Source of the DNA: Acidobacteriota bacterium | GTDB taxonomy: Bacteria; Acidobacteriota; Vicinamibacteria; Vicinamibacterales; SCN-69-37 | Reading direction: 5' to 3' | Length of the DNA: 64,000 bases | Assembly: GCA_016716905.1 (NCBI GenBank) | Contig: JADJUS010000004.1 | Location: forward strand, 1,419,603 to 1,483,602 | Shown here: piece by piece, positions 51,857 to 61,900 of the stretch | Layout: the number at the start of each line of letters is the position of its first letter | Numbering within the stretch: position 1 is the first letter of the stretch | Position numbers and translations under genes: made by a program | Notes under the pieces: generated by a model | What the model saw: only the letters and a program-made list of their open reading frames with translations | Told to the model about the DNA's origin: nothing | Databases searched by the model: none

Positions 51857-54565
51857 TCATTTGCTTCCCATGGCCTCATTCACGAGCGCGCGTGCGCGTG
51901 CCAGCAGCGCGTCGACGCCTGAAGCGTCTGAGCCTCCGGCCTCGGCGAAGTCCGGGCGGCCGCCGCCTTTCCCGCCGATGAGGGGCGCGAGGTCCTTGAC
52001 CAACTGACCCGCTTTGACGCGGTCGGTGAGGTCTTTCGTCACCGCCACCAGCAGATGCACCTTGCCGTCGTTGTCGGCGGCAATGACGACCACGCCGCGC
52101 TTGAGCCGGTCCCTCAGCGAGTCGGCCAGGCCACGAAGCGCGCCCTTCTCAAGGCCGGTTACCCGCCGAGCCACGAACTGCGCGTCGCCAATCGACTCAA
52201 ACCCCTCGTCGTCGCCCTTGCCACCGCCCCCGATGGCGAGCTTCATCTTGAGCTGCTCGTTCTCACGTGCCAGGCGCTTGGCGTCCGCCTGCAACCGCGC
52301 AACGGCGTCCGGCGCCTGGTCGGCTGGGACGTTCAGCAACTGCAGTGTGCGCGCGAGCACCGCCTGTGTGTGCTGCAGGTGCGCCACCGCGCCTGCGCCG
52401 GTCAGTGCTTCGATGCGTCGAACCCCGGCAGCCACGCCGGACTCTTCGGTGATGACAAACGGGCCGACGTCACCCGTGGCGCTCACATGGGTTCCGCCGC
52501 ACAACTCCGTGCTGAAGCCTTCGATCCCGACTACACGAACCTTGTCGCCGTATTTTTCGCCGAACAGCGCCATGGCGCCGCCCTTGATCGCGTCGTCGGT
52601 GCTCTTCACTTCGGTCCTGACCGGCGTATTGCGGAAGACCTGCGCCGAAACGATGCGCTCCACGGTGGCGCGTTCATCGTCGTGCATCGCCGAGAAATGC
52701 GCGAAGTCGAAGCGAAGGCGGTCGGGCGCCACCAGCGAGCCGGCCTGCCGCACGTGCGTGCCCAGCGTCTGCCGCAGCGCGGCGTGCAACAGGTGCGTGG
52801 CCGTGTGGTTGCGCCTGATCGCGTCGCGGCGATCGCGGTCAACCACCGCGCGCACCTTGTCGCCCTTCTTCAACGAACCAGCCAGCACCACAATCCCATG
52901 CTTGCGCGGGCATCCCGTCGGCGCAGGTTCGACGCTGACGACGTCGGCGGCAAAGCCATCGGGGTTGAGCAGTTGCCCCGTGTCTGACTCCTGACCACCG
53001 GCATGGAGATAAAACGGGGTGCGGTCCAGGTGCACCCAGTACTCACCTCCGGGCGTGGCAGCATCGACTGGTTGATCGGGTTTCTCGGGGCTGTCTGATA
53101 CCGCCAGAATCTCCAGCACTGTCGCCGACGGCTCCTCAAGTGCTTCGTATCCCGTAAACGTCTCGGCGACAGACTTGAGGCGTGCGGTGACCTCCGCCGG
53201 GTACGCCGCCACACTTCCGCCCTTGAACTTGGTATTGGCGCGCGCGCGTTCCCGCTGGCCCTGCATGGCCGCGTCCACGGCCTCGCTGTTGATGGCCAGA
53301 CCCCGCTGCTCGGCCAGGTCCTGTGCGAAGTCCAGCGGCACACCGAGCGAGTCGTAGAGCCGGAACACCTCGTCGCCGGGCACCACCGTGGCTCCCGATG
53401 CCTGCACTCGATCGAGCAGCGCCTCGAGTTTCGGCAACCCCGTCGTCAGCACCACCTCGAACCGTTCTTCCTCGGCTTTCACGGTCCTGATGATCGACTG
53501 CCGCTCGGTGTTCAGGAGCGGGTATGCGTTCCCCATCTCACCGATGACGGAATCAACGAGCGTGTGCAGCGTGGGTCCGGTGAACCCCAGCTTCTTGCCG
53601 TGGCGCATGGCGCGCCGCATGATCTTCCGCAGCACATATCCACGCCATTCATTCGACGGCACCACGCCATCACCGATCAGGAACGTCATTGCCCGCAGGT
53701 GATCGGCGATCACCCGCATCGACACGTCGGGGTGATCGGTCTCGGTGCTTGCGGTGTATGGCCGGCCCGCGCGCGCCGCGATGGCCGCGAGAATGGGCGT
53801 AAAGAGGTCCGTGTCGTAGTTGGAGAGGTGACCCTGGATCACCGCCGCGATACGTTCGAGCCCCATCCCCGTATCAATGGACGGTGCCGGCAGGGGTGTC
53901 AGCGTGCCTGAGCGATCCCGCTCGAACTCCATGAACACGTTGTTCCAGATCTCGACGTAACGCTGACAACTGCACTCGACACCGCGACAGACGGGCTCGG
54001 CACAGGGAATATCAGCGCCACGGAAATAGTGGATCTCCGAGCATCGTCCGCATGGACCGGTGTCGCCCATCTGCCAGAAGTTTTCCTCCAGGCCCAGTTC
54101 GGTGATGCGGCTTGCCGGCACAAAGGCCGTCCAGAGCTCAAATGCCTCGGCGTCGCGCGGAATACCGTCCGTCCCTTTGAAGATCGTGGGGAAGAGCCGG
54201 TCTTCGGGCAGGCCCCAGACCTGGGTCAGCAGATTCCAGGCCAGCGGAATGGCGTCGGCTTTGAAGTAGTCGCCGAACGAAAAGTTGCCCAGCATCTCGA
54301 AGAACGTGTGGTGGCGCAACGACGGCCCGACGTTGTCGAGGTCGTTGTGTTTGCCGCTCACACGCATGCACTTCTGGACGGTCGCGGCCCGCGTGTACGC
54401 ACGCCGGTCCTTGCCCAGAAAGGCATCCTTGAACTGGTTCATTCCGGCGTTGGTGAAGAGCAGCGTCGGATCTTCCACGGGAACGAGCGACGAGGACGAC
54501 ACGACCTGGTGGCCGTGCGAGGCGAAATAATCGAGGAAACTCTGGCGGATTTCTCTGGCGGTCAT
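51857..54565 (-). CDS. alaS: Alanyl-tRNA synthetase
   Basis: 902 aa. MTAREIRQSFLDYFASHGH, FTNAGMNQFK, WNNVFMEFER, and the HxxxH editing motif NHTATHLLH. Confidence 0.95.
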   Translation of the reverse strand: MTAREIRQSFLDYFASHGHQVVSSSSLVPVEDPTLLFTNAGMNQFKDAFLGKDRRAYTRAATVQKCMRVSGKHNDLDNVGPSLRHHTFFEMLGNFSFGDYFKADAIPLAWNLLTQVWGLPEDRLFPTIFKGTDGIPRDAEAFELWTAFVPASRITELGLEENFWQMGDTGPCGRCSEIHYFRGADIPCAEPVCRGVECSCQRYVEIWNNVFMEFERDRSGTLTPLPAPSIDTGMGLERIAAVIQGHLSNYDTDLFTPILAAIAARAGRPYTASTETDHPDVSMRVIADHLRAMTFLIGDGVVPSNEWRGYVLRKIMRRAMRHGKKLGFTGPTLHTLVDSVIGEMGNAYPLLNTERQSIIRTVKAEEERFEVVLTTGLPKLEALLDRVQASGATVVPGDEVFRLYDSLGVPLDFAQDLAEQRGLAINSEAVDAAMQGQRERARANTKFKGGSVAAYPAEVTARLKSVAETFTGYEALEEPSATVLEILAVSDSPEKPDQPVDAATPGGEYWVHLDRTPFYLHAGGQESDTGQLLNPDGFAADVVSVEPAPTGCPRKHGIVVLAGSLKKGDKVRAVVDRDRRDAIRRNHTATHLLHAALRQTLGTHVRQAGSLVAPDRLRFDFAHFSAMHDDERATVERIVSAQVFRNTPVRTEVKSTDDAIKGGAMALFGEKYGDKVRVVGIEGFSTELCGGTHVSATGDVGPFVITEESGVAAGVRRIEALTGAGAVAHLQHTQAVLARTLQLLNVPADQAPDAVARLQADAKRLARENEQLKMKLAIGGGGKGDDEGFESIGDAQFVARRVTGLEKGALRGLADSLRDRLKRGVVVIAADNDGKVHLLVAVTKDLTDRVKAGQLVKDLAPLIGGKGGGRPDFAEAGGSDASGVDALLARARALVNEAMGSK

Positions 54566-54610
54566 GGCGACACGCCATTGTACAAGGTGCGTGGCGGCGG
54601 GGGCCGCTTT

Positions 54611-55066
54611 CTAAGCGTCCAGGTCAGAGCCGCGCGATCTGAGCGCACTGGCGATGAGATCGGCGGAGAAGCCACGGCGCATCAACTGGCCGAAGGTCCG
54701 GCGATGTTCGGCCGGGCTGAGACGGGCCGGCAGGCGCTTGCGCTCAAGGAACCGGCGGATGGACGCCGTCTCGTCGGCCACGGGCAGGCCCGCCAGCACC
54801 TCGCGGATGATGCTGCGGTCCACTCCGCGTTGCTCGAGCTCCCGTTCGATGCGGTGCCGGCCCCGGCCTTTCAGGTTGGACGAGACCCGCACAAACGACT
54901 CGGCCACGCGGCGATCGTTGACGAACCCCTCATGCGCGAGGTCGGCAATGGCTGTTTCGACCTCGGGTTCCGGAAACTCCCGGTCCAGTAACTTCGTACG
55001 CAGTTCGGATGTGGTGTAGTCGCGCCGGGTCAACAGGCGCAACGCCGTCACTCGGGCCCGGCTCAT
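54611..55066 (-). CDS. recX: Recombination regulator RecX
   Basis: 151 aa. ALRLLTRRDYTTSELRTKL and repeated helical RecX modules. It is upstream of alaS, as is common. The track ORF is extended artificially to 55564. Confidence 0.8.
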   Translation of the reverse strand: MSRARVTALRLLTRRDYTTSELRTKLLDREFPEPEVETAIADLAHEGFVNDRRVAESFVRVSSNLKGRGRHRIERELEQRGVDRSIIREVLAGLPVADETASIRRFLERKRLPARLSPAEHRRTFGQLMRRGFSADLIASALRSRGSDLDA

Positions 55067-55076
55067 GGGTGGCTCG

Positions 55077-56171
55077 CTATCGGCTGAACGACCGGCTGCC
55101 CGGTGTGATGCCGCGCAGGCGCATTCTGAACTCTTCCACGTTGGTGACCCAGTTGGCGGCTTCCTCCACCGACACCGCTCCGCTTTGCACGAGCGCGAAG
55201 ATGGATTGGTCGAAGTTCTGCATCCCGTACGCGTGTTCCCCCGACGCGATGGCGCCGGCAATGAGCGACACCTTGTCGATGTCGGCGATGCAGTCACGGA
55301 CGTACGGTGTGGTGACCAGCACTTCGGTGGCCAGGGCGCGGCCCTTGCCGTCGGCACGCGGCAGCAGGCGCTGAGAGATCGTGGCCCGCAGCACGCGCGC
55401 CAGCTGGTTGCGCACTTGCGGCTGCTTGTGTGCCTCAAAGACCGCCACGATACGGTTGACCGTTTCGGGCGCGTCCAGGGTGTGGAGCGTTGAGAGCACA
55501 AGGTGCCCGGTTTCTGCCGCGACCAGGGCGGTTTCGATGGTTTCCGGATCGCGCAACTCGCCAAGCAGGATGACGTCCGGGTCCTGTCGCAACGCGCTCA
55601 AGAGGCCCCTGGGGTACGACTCCACATCCAGCCCCACTTCACGCTGGCTGATCACGGCCATGATGTCTTCATGGATGAACTCGATGGGATCCTCGATGGT
55701 GAGGATGTGCATCGACCGCGTCTTGTTGATCTCAGCCACCAACGCCGCCAGTGTGGTGCTCTTGCCGCTGCCGGTGGCGCCGGTGATGAGCACCAGGCCG
55801 CGGGACTCGTGCACCAACGCCAGCACCGACGCGGGTAGTCCCAGATCTTCCAGCTTCGGCGGGTTGGAGGGTATCAACCGCAGGGAAATGGCCAGCGTCC
55901 CCTTCTGACGAAAGACGCTCGCGCGACAGCGACCCAGTCCCTCGAAGACAAGCGCGGCGTCCACTTCCTGCCTGCGCGTGAGCTTCTCCATCTGGTCGGC
56001 GGTCAGCAACTGCCGGGCCGCGCCTTCGATGTCTTCGTGGCTGACCAACGGAAACGTCGTCAGGCGCTCCAGCGTGCCGTGGACGCGGATCAGCGGAAAT
56101 TGGTGGGCGCGCAGGTGGATGTCAGACGCCTGCCGGGCGACCGCGATGGCAACGAGAGGATCGACGGTCAT
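55077..56171 (-). CDS. pilT: Type IV pilus retraction ATPase PilT
   Basis: ASDIHLRAHQFPLIRVHG, Walker A GATGSGKST, HILTIEDPIEF, GHLVLSTLHT, and AIASGEHAYGMQNFDQS. Confidence 0.9.
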   Translation of the reverse strand: MTVDPLVAIAVARQASDIHLRAHQFPLIRVHGTLERLTTFPLVSHEDIEGAARQLLTADQMEKLTRRQEVDAALVFEGLGRCRASVFRQKGTLAISLRLIPSNPPKLEDLGLPASVLALVHESRGLVLITGATGSGKSTTLAALVAEINKTRSMHILTIEDPIEFIHEDIMAVISQREVGLDVESYPRGLLSALRQDPDVILLGELRDPETIETALVAAETGHLVLSTLHTLDAPETVNRIVAVFEAHKQPQVRNQLARVLRATISQRLLPRADGKGRALATEVLVTTPYVRDCIADIDKVSLIAGAIASGEHAYGMQNFDQSIFALVQSGAVSVEEAANWVTNVEEFRMRLRGITPGSRSFSR

Positions 56172-56182
56172 CAATGGTGTGC

Positions 56183-57127
56183 TCAGCGCGCTGCGGCCAC
56201 AGGCATGTCCACGTAGGTCAGCCACCCGTGACGGTCAGGGACAGCCCCATTAATGTAGTCGAAGAAAGCCTGCTGGATGGCCGTGGCAATGGGGCCCCGT
56301 TTACCGGAACCCACCGCGATCTTGTCGACCGAACGGATGGGGGTGATCTCGGCCGCGGTGCCGCAGAAGAAGACCTCGTCCGCCACGTACAACATTTCGC
56401 GCGGCAGGTCCTGCTCTTTGACCTCAAAGCCCATTTCCCCGGCGATCGTCATGATGGTGTCACGCGTAATTCCCGGCAGCACCGAGGCAGAGAGGGGCGG
56501 CGTGTAGACCACGTCTTTCCGGATCACGAACAGGTTCTGGCCGCTGCCTTCGCTCAGATTGCCGTCGGGATTGAGCGCGATGCCCTCGCTGTAGCCTTCA
56601 ACCATGGCCTCCATCTTGATCAGGCCCGAGTTCGCGTAGTTGGCCACCGACTTGGCCATCGAAGGAAAAGTATTCGGTGCGCTCCGCGTCCAGGAACTCA
56701 CGCGCACGTCCACGCCCGCTTCAAGCGCGTCGGGTCCGAGGTAGGCGCCCCATTCCCAGACCAGAATCAACGCTTCCACGGGGCAGGGCAACGGGTTCAC
56801 GCCGAGCGCGTTGTAGCCGCGGTAGATCAGGGGACGGATGTAACAGGCCGCCAGGCCGTTGGCTTTGATCGTGTCGAGCACCGCGGTGGTCAGTTCGGCC
56901 TGATCGAGGTGATACGACATTCGGTAGATACGCGCCGAATCGTACAGGCGCCGCATGTGGTCGTCGAGGCGGAAGCACGCGGACCCTTTGGGAGTGTTGT
57001 AGCAACGGGCGCCTTCAAACACGCCGGACCCGTAATGAATGATGTGCGACGCCACATGCATCGTGGCATCAGCCCAATCCACCAGCGTGCCGTTCATCCA
57101 TACCTTGCCGGTTCCGCTGAATGCCAT
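56183..57127 (-). CDS. ilvE: Branched-chain amino acid aminotransferase IlvE
   Basis: VWMNGTLVDWADA, HYGSGVFEGARCY, and the GITRDT motif. Confidence 0.9.
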   Translation of the reverse strand: MAFSGTGKVWMNGTLVDWADATMHVASHIIHYGSGVFEGARCYNTPKGSACFRLDDHMRRLYDSARIYRMSYHLDQAELTTAVLDTIKANGLAACYIRPLIYRGYNALGVNPLPCPVEALILVWEWGAYLGPDALEAGVDVRVSSWTRSAPNTFPSMAKSVANYANSGLIKMEAMVEGYSEGIALNPDGNLSEGSGQNLFVIRKDVVYTPPLSASVLPGITRDTIMTIAGEMGFEVKEQDLPREMLYVADEVFFCGTAAEITPIRSVDKIAVGSGKRGPIATAIQQAFFDYINGAVPDRHGWLTYVDMPVAAAR

Positions 57128-57169
57128 GCTGGACTCCTCTATGACTCGGGTTGATTTTATCAGTACGAT

Positions 57170-58174
57170 CTACTGCGTTTCACCACAAAAGGGGCACGAC
57201 GTGCCGCGTGCAGGCAGCGGCTTCCGACACTGCCGACAGAACCGCGCCACTGGCGCATCGCGCGTGCGAAGGCGCGTGGGCGTGGGAGCGGACCGCATCG
57301 GTGCCGGTCGTGATTCCGCGCCTGCGCCGGCAGGGGCGGCGACGGTGGCCACCACCGGCGGCGGACGCCGCACCAGATCACGGCGGGCGCTCAACAGATC
57401 GTTAAGCAAATCGTCTGCCTGTTGATAACGCGTCCCCACGTCGGCCGACAGCGCTTTCATGACGATGTCGTCGATCGCTTTCGGGATGGCAGGATTGCGG
57501 GTGCGCATCGAGGTGACGAGTTCGCCGCGTTTGAGTCTGGGAATGTCGGAAGGGGCCGGCGTGTCGTAGGGCAATGTGCCCGTCAGCATCTGGTAGGCCG
57601 TCACGCCAATCGAATAGAGGTCCGACGCAAACACTGCGCGGCCATCGAACTGTTCGGGCGCCATGTAGGGCGGGCTCCCGATCACGGTGGTCCCGTGCGC
57701 GGCAAGTTCAATCACGCGAGCCGTTCCGAAGTCACCGACCTTGACCAGTCCCTTGTCGGTGACAAACACGTTGGCCGGTCGCAGGTCGCGATGCAGCACG
57801 TTGTGTTTGTGCGCGTGCTCCACTGCATTGCAGATCTGCGCCGTATAGTCGAGCGCGCGCATCATCTCGAGCGGGCCACCCTCGATGATGATCGTCTCCA
57901 GCGTATCGCCCGGGACGTACTCCATGACGATGAAAAACACGTTGTCCTGTTTTTCCGCCGTGATCACGGTGACGATGTTCGGATGCCCGAGCGACGCGAG
58001 CAGGCGCGGCTCTTTCAGGAGTTCGCCGAAGTCCAGATTCTGGCGATGGGGCACCTTGAGTGCCACCCGTTTGTCGATCCAGGTGTCTTCCGCCAGGTAG
58101 ACGGTGGCGAATCCGCCACTCCCGAGGGGCTCGATGACCTTGTACTTGCCGAGCGTCTGGCCGCGAAACACCAT
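57170..58174 (-). CDS. Ser/Thr protein kinase (Hanks type) with C-terminal zinc-ribbon
   Basis: GSGGFATVY, VALK, HRDLRPANV, DFG, and PYMAPE motifs. C-terminal CRQCRKPLPARGTSCPFCG. Confidence 0.85.
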   Translation of the reverse strand: MVFRGQTLGKYKVIEPLGSGGFATVYLAEDTWIDKRVALKVPHRQNLDFGELLKEPRLLASLGHPNIVTVITAEKQDNVFFIVMEYVPGDTLETIIIEGGPLEMMRALDYTAQICNAVEHAHKHNVLHRDLRPANVFVTDKGLVKVGDFGTARVIELAAHGTTVIGSPPYMAPEQFDGRAVFASDLYSIGVTAYQMLTGTLPYDTPAPSDIPRLKRGELVTSMRTRNPAIPKAIDDIVMKALSADVGTRYQQADDLLNDLLSARRDLVRRPPPVVATVAAPAGAGAESRPAPMRSAPTPTRLRTRDAPVARFCRQCRKPLPARGTSCPFCGETQ

Positions 58175-58203
58175 TTCCGAGGTTCAGAATACCACCGCGC
58201 TGT

Positions 58204-58582
58204 CTGCAATAGCGCTATTGAGGATGGGAGCGCCTGGAAATTGAGGGTTGAGGATTGAGCGATTGAGGATCGGGATGTGACGGATTGCAGATGTGGGAGT
58301 GAGGATGGCAATTGTGGGGTTGGGGGATTGAGGAATTGTCGGATTGACGATGGTGCGATTTCGGGATGGACCGTGTCTGAAGTGTGGAGAGTGCGTGGGG
58401 AGCCCGCGTCCCCATCTCGCGATCGCGCCATCGGCAATCTAACGATCCCGCCATCCCTCAATCTAACGATCCCGCCATCCGCAATCTAACGATCCCGCCA
58501 TCCCTCAATTGCCGATCGACAATCAGCCATCAGCCGTCCGTCCCATCCCGATCCTCAATCGCTCAATCCGCAATCCTCAATG
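58204..58582. repeat. About 380-bp imperfect inverted structure of ATTGAGG/CCTCAAT heptamer runs, with an internal 23-24-bp x3 tandem repeat
   Basis: The left arm is rich in ATTGAGG units and the right arm in CCTCAAT/CAATC units. Central hairpin TGGGGA-gcccgcg-TCCCCA at 58396-58414. Tandem CAATCTAACGATCCCGCCATCC(CT/G) x3 at 58435-58505. 14-bp palindrome CAATAGCGCTATTG at 58207-58220. Confidence 0.8.
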
Positions 58583-58602
58583 GAGGCGCAGTACACTGTG
58601 GC

Positions 58603-59334
58603 GTGTCCTGTCCCCGCGTGTACTGGCCCATGGGCGAACCGCACGCTGGCGGCATCGAGCTGTCCGGTGATGAAGCGCATCGGATGCGCCACGTGCTGCG
58701 GGTTGCGCCTGGTGATGCGGTGGCGCTCTTTGATGGCCGAGGCCATGAATGGGCGGGCCGCGTGGGCGCGGTGACACGACAGGGCGTGGCCGTAGTGGAC
58801 CTCCAGCCAATCACGCCGATCCCGGAGGCGCGTGTCCCGATCACGCTGGCGATTGGGGTGCTCAAGGGCGATCAGATGGATGCGGTGGTTCGAGACGCCA
58901 CAATGATTGGCGTGTCAGCCATCCAGCCCCTGCGGACCTTGCATGTGACGGTGCCGCCGAAGGCCTGGCAGAGCGGCGCGGCGCGTGAGCGCTGGCAGCG
59001 TGTGGCGATTGCCTCGGCCACGCAATGCCGAAGGGCCGTGGTGCCCGAGGTATTGCCGGTGACCGATCTCGACGCGTGCCTGCGCGCACCGTCCGCGCTG
59101 CGCCTCATGTGCGCCGAACCGGCCCTCGGAACGCAGGCCGCCGATTGGCGGCCTGCGGCGCCGCCAGAGTCTGTGCTCGTGTTGATTGGTCCCGAGGGCG
59201 GGTGGGCGGCGGTGGAAGTGGAGCAGGCGGTTGCGGCCGGAGCGCGGCTCCTCAGTCTCGGGCCGCGCACCCTGCGCGCCGAAACCGCGCCTGTGGTGGC
59301 TCTGACCCTCGTCTCGTCGGCCTGGGGCTGGTAG
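58603..59334 (+). CDS. rsmE: 16S rRNA (uracil1498-N3)-methyltransferase RsmE
   Basis: PRVYWP...LSGDEAHRMRHVLRV N-terminus, LAIGVLKGDQMD, and LIGPEGGW. I propose the GTG at 58603 as the start (alternatives GTG 58618 and ATG 58630). The track start at 58384 reads through the repeats. Confidence 0.8.
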   Translation: MSCPRVYWPMGEPHAGGIELSGDEAHRMRHVLRVAPGDAVALFDGRGHEWAGRVGAVTRQGVAVVDLQPITPIPEARVPITLAIGVLKGDQMDAVVRDATMIGVSAIQPLRTLHVTVPPKAWQSGAARERWQRVAIASATQCRRAVVPEVLPVTDLDACLRAPSALRLMCAEPALGTQAADWRPAAPPESVLVLIGPEGGWAAVEVEQAVAAGARLLSLGPRTLRAETAPVVALTLVSSAWGW

Positions 59335-59339
59335 CGGCG

Positions 59340-60185
59340 TCAGAGAGACGCGCGGTTCAGCAGCCGGTTCTTCACGACGTGCCAGAGCGCCGGACCTGGA
59401 GGGCCATCCCCGAACTCGCCCAGGAAGAACGTCACGTCGTCGTGCGCCAGTTCATCGGTGCCCGCGTACGCGTGCAGTGCTGTCAGCAGGCGCTCGGCCA
59501 CGTCCTCGCATCTGCCGGCGCTCGCGTTGAGCAAATTCTCGATCCCCAGTCGATCAAACTGATGGTCCTCAGGTGAGGCAGTTTCGAGGACCCCATCGGT
59601 GATGAGCAAGATGCGATCGCCGCGGGCCACGGTGAAGCGATGGCGGGTGAACTCTGGCGTAAATCCGACCCCGAGCGGAATATCGACGAAGGCCGGGCGG
59701 CGCTGCGGGTGTGACGTCTCTGACTGGAGTGACACCCATTGGTGACTCCCGGCGCGATAGAGCCAGCCGACCGGATGCCCGGCATAGCAGACCGTCAGGC
59801 GGCGCCGCGGCGGATAGTACGTCAGGAGCACCGCCGTCGTCATCGCACGTTCAGCCTGCTTGTTCAGACGATCGTTGAATCGCGAGAGGACCTTGCGTTC
59901 GTCAACCACGTCCACGCTGCGCCGAAGATGGTCGTGAATCTCGCGTCCGATCACCGACACCGTCTCTCCGTGTCCTGCGACATCGGCCAGACACACCCGC
60001 GACATCAATCCGGATCCACACACCGACAGGTAGTGAATATCGCCGCCGTGTGCCCCGTCACAGGGACGCGAGTAGAGCACTCCATGCAGGCCGGGCAAGT
60101 CCACAAGAGTGTGGGTGACGCCATTGCCTCCGCGGACTTCGCCGCAGGTAAAGCCTTCGCCCAGACGGATTGATGGTTCGGCCAT
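59340..60185 (-). CDS. PP2C-family (SpoIIE-like) serine phosphatase
   Basis: GGDIHYL, LADVAGHG, YAGHP, and LLITDGVLE motifs, typical of SpoIIE/RsbU-type phosphatases. Confidence 0.75.
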   Translation of the reverse strand: MAEPSIRLGEGFTCGEVRGGNGVTHTLVDLPGLHGVLYSRPCDGAHGGDIHYLSVCGSGLMSRVCLADVAGHGETVSVIGREIHDHLRRSVDVVDERKVLSRFNDRLNKQAERAMTTAVLLTYYPPRRRLTVCYAGHPVGWLYRAGSHQWVSLQSETSHPQRRPAFVDIPLGVGFTPEFTRHRFTVARGDRILLITDGVLETASPEDHQFDRLGIENLLNASAGRCEDVAERLLTALHAYAGTDELAHDDVTFFLGEFGDGPPGPALWHVVKNRLLNRASL

Positions 60186-60216
60186 TTGCGTGGAAGTTCT
60201 CCGGCGGCTCAGCGCG

Positions 60217-61866
60217 TCACCGAGCCGAAGCCGCCGCTTTCACGAACGCCCCAAAATCAGCCAACGTGGAGACAGCAGGGTCGAGCACCACGGCCGCCGG
60301 CTCGCTGGCGGCGGTGAATCGCATCGTCGTTTCGCGCCCGTCGATCGCCATCTGGCGGACGTTCGGGAGCGCGCCCGCGGCCGACACCAGGCCCACGCCG
60401 AGCGACAGCCGGTACGGCTCCGCAGTCTGCGTCTGCCGGACGGTGACCACCACCTCTTTGGCCGTGGCGTCGTAGCGCCACGTGCCGGACAACGCAGGTA
60501 CGCCTGGGCGGTTCAGCCACTGCCGGAAGAACCACGTCAGGTCCTGGCCGGATGTCTGTTCCATGACCCGGCGGAAGTCATCCGTTGAGGCCGTCGCATT
60601 CATGTGTCGCCGGTAGTAGTCGCGGATGCCGCGCCAGAACGTCTCGGTGCCCACCTGCTCGCGCAGCATGTGCAGAATCCACGCACCCTTCTGGTAGACG
60701 AGCGCGTTCGTGGGCTCGCGCACCGCGTCGTCATGGTTGACGTGTACGACCGGCGTATTCGGCAGGCTGGTTTCCATCCTGAGAACGGTGGCCCGGCTGC
60801 GCCGCAGCCCCTCGGCGAATGCATCGCGCCCCTCGGCGTGTTCGGTGTAGAGCAGCGTGAAGTAGGTGGCGAATCCTTCGCTCAGCCAGATGTCGTTCCA
60901 GTCATTCTCGGTGACGGCGTTGCCGAACCACTGGTGCGCCACTTCGTGGACGACCGGGCCGTTGCCGGCCGTGATGCCCTTTTCGCCATAGAAAATGCTG
61001 CTGGCATGTTCGGTGCCGCCGCCCATACCGGCCGCTTCCACGTGCGCGAGCTTTTGGTACGCGTACGGCCCCACGTAGTCTGCGAAGAACTCGAACGACC
61101 GACGCGCGTCCTTGTCGAACAGCGCAAAACCCTTCTCGGCGTCCTGAGGAAACACCCAGTATTCAAGCGGGACGCCGCGAACGAGGCCGGCGTGCCTGAC
61201 GGCAAACCGGGCGATGCCCACACTGTAGAGCCACGAAGAAATCGGCACGTCCTGTCGCCAGTGCGTGCGACGCCGGCCACCTTCGAGGTCTGTCTCTTCA
61301 ACCAGGGCGCCATTGGCGACCACCTGATAATCAGCCCGTGTGGTGATGATGAACTCGCCCGTGGCTTTGTCGGCGACATGGTCGATCATCGGCAGCCACT
61401 GCCGCGCGCGGTTGTACCAATTTTCACTGAAGGCGGTGCGCTCCCCGTGGATGTTGTTGATGAGGCGCAGGCCATCGGCGGGAATGCCGCGATACGTGAT
61501 GGTGAACGTCACATCCTGGCCGGCCGCCACTCCGGCCGGAAGCGTGAGGCGCAGCCGATTCTCGAGATGGGTGAAGGGGACGGGGCCGGCCTGTGACGTC
61601 ACCGTCGCCACGGTCATGCCTTTGCCGTCGGCGCGCGGGGTGGCCAGGTCAAGCGCGATCTCGCGCAGACCCGCCGTGAGCACTCTTAGCGTGGTCGTGG
61701 CTTCGCCCTGGATCTCGTTCGAATCACCGGTCAGCAGCGTGAGACGAAAGACGTAGTGGCGAGCGTCGACGCCGGGCTGGCGTGGGTAGGTGTCTGCGTG
61801 TGCGCCGACAGTTCCCGCAAGGGTCAACGCCAGAGCTATGGGGCCGTGCCATCTCGTGTGTCGCAT
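60217..61866 (-). CDS. M1-family zinc aminopeptidase (secreted)
   Basis: Signal peptide MRHTRWHGPIALALTLAGTVGAHA. GAMEN-like GMGGGTEH, and HEVAHQWFGN...WLSEGFATY zinc motifs. Confidence 0.85.
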   Translation of the reverse strand: MRHTRWHGPIALALTLAGTVGAHADTYPRQPGVDARHYVFRLTLLTGDSNEIQGEATTTLRVLTAGLREIALDLATPRADGKGMTVATVTSQAGPVPFTHLENRLRLTLPAGVAAGQDVTFTITYRGIPADGLRLINNIHGERTAFSENWYNRARQWLPMIDHVADKATGEFIITTRADYQVVANGALVEETDLEGGRRRTHWRQDVPISSWLYSVGIARFAVRHAGLVRGVPLEYWVFPQDAEKGFALFDKDARRSFEFFADYVGPYAYQKLAHVEAAGMGGGTEHASSIFYGEKGITAGNGPVVHEVAHQWFGNAVTENDWNDIWLSEGFATYFTLLYTEHAEGRDAFAEGLRRSRATVLRMETSLPNTPVVHVNHDDAVREPTNALVYQKGAWILHMLREQVGTETFWRGIRDYYRRHMNATASTDDFRRVMEQTSGQDLTWFFRQWLNRPGVPALSGTWRYDATAKEVVVTVRQTQTAEPYRLSLGVGLVSAAGALPNVRQMAIDGRETTMRFTAASEPAAVVLDPAVSTLADFGAFVKAAASAR

Positions 61867-61900
61867 GATCCACCGATCGCAAAAAAAGTGAGGAGTGAAT

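Noticed and set aside
57170-60185. Ser/Thr kinase (57170-58174) and PP2C/SpoIIE-type phosphatase (59340-60185) as a dedicated signalling pair
   Set aside because: They are separated by rsmE, lie on the same strand but are not adjacent, and share no obvious partner-switching genes (no STAS/anti-sigma factors nearby). Co-function cannot be supported from this window.
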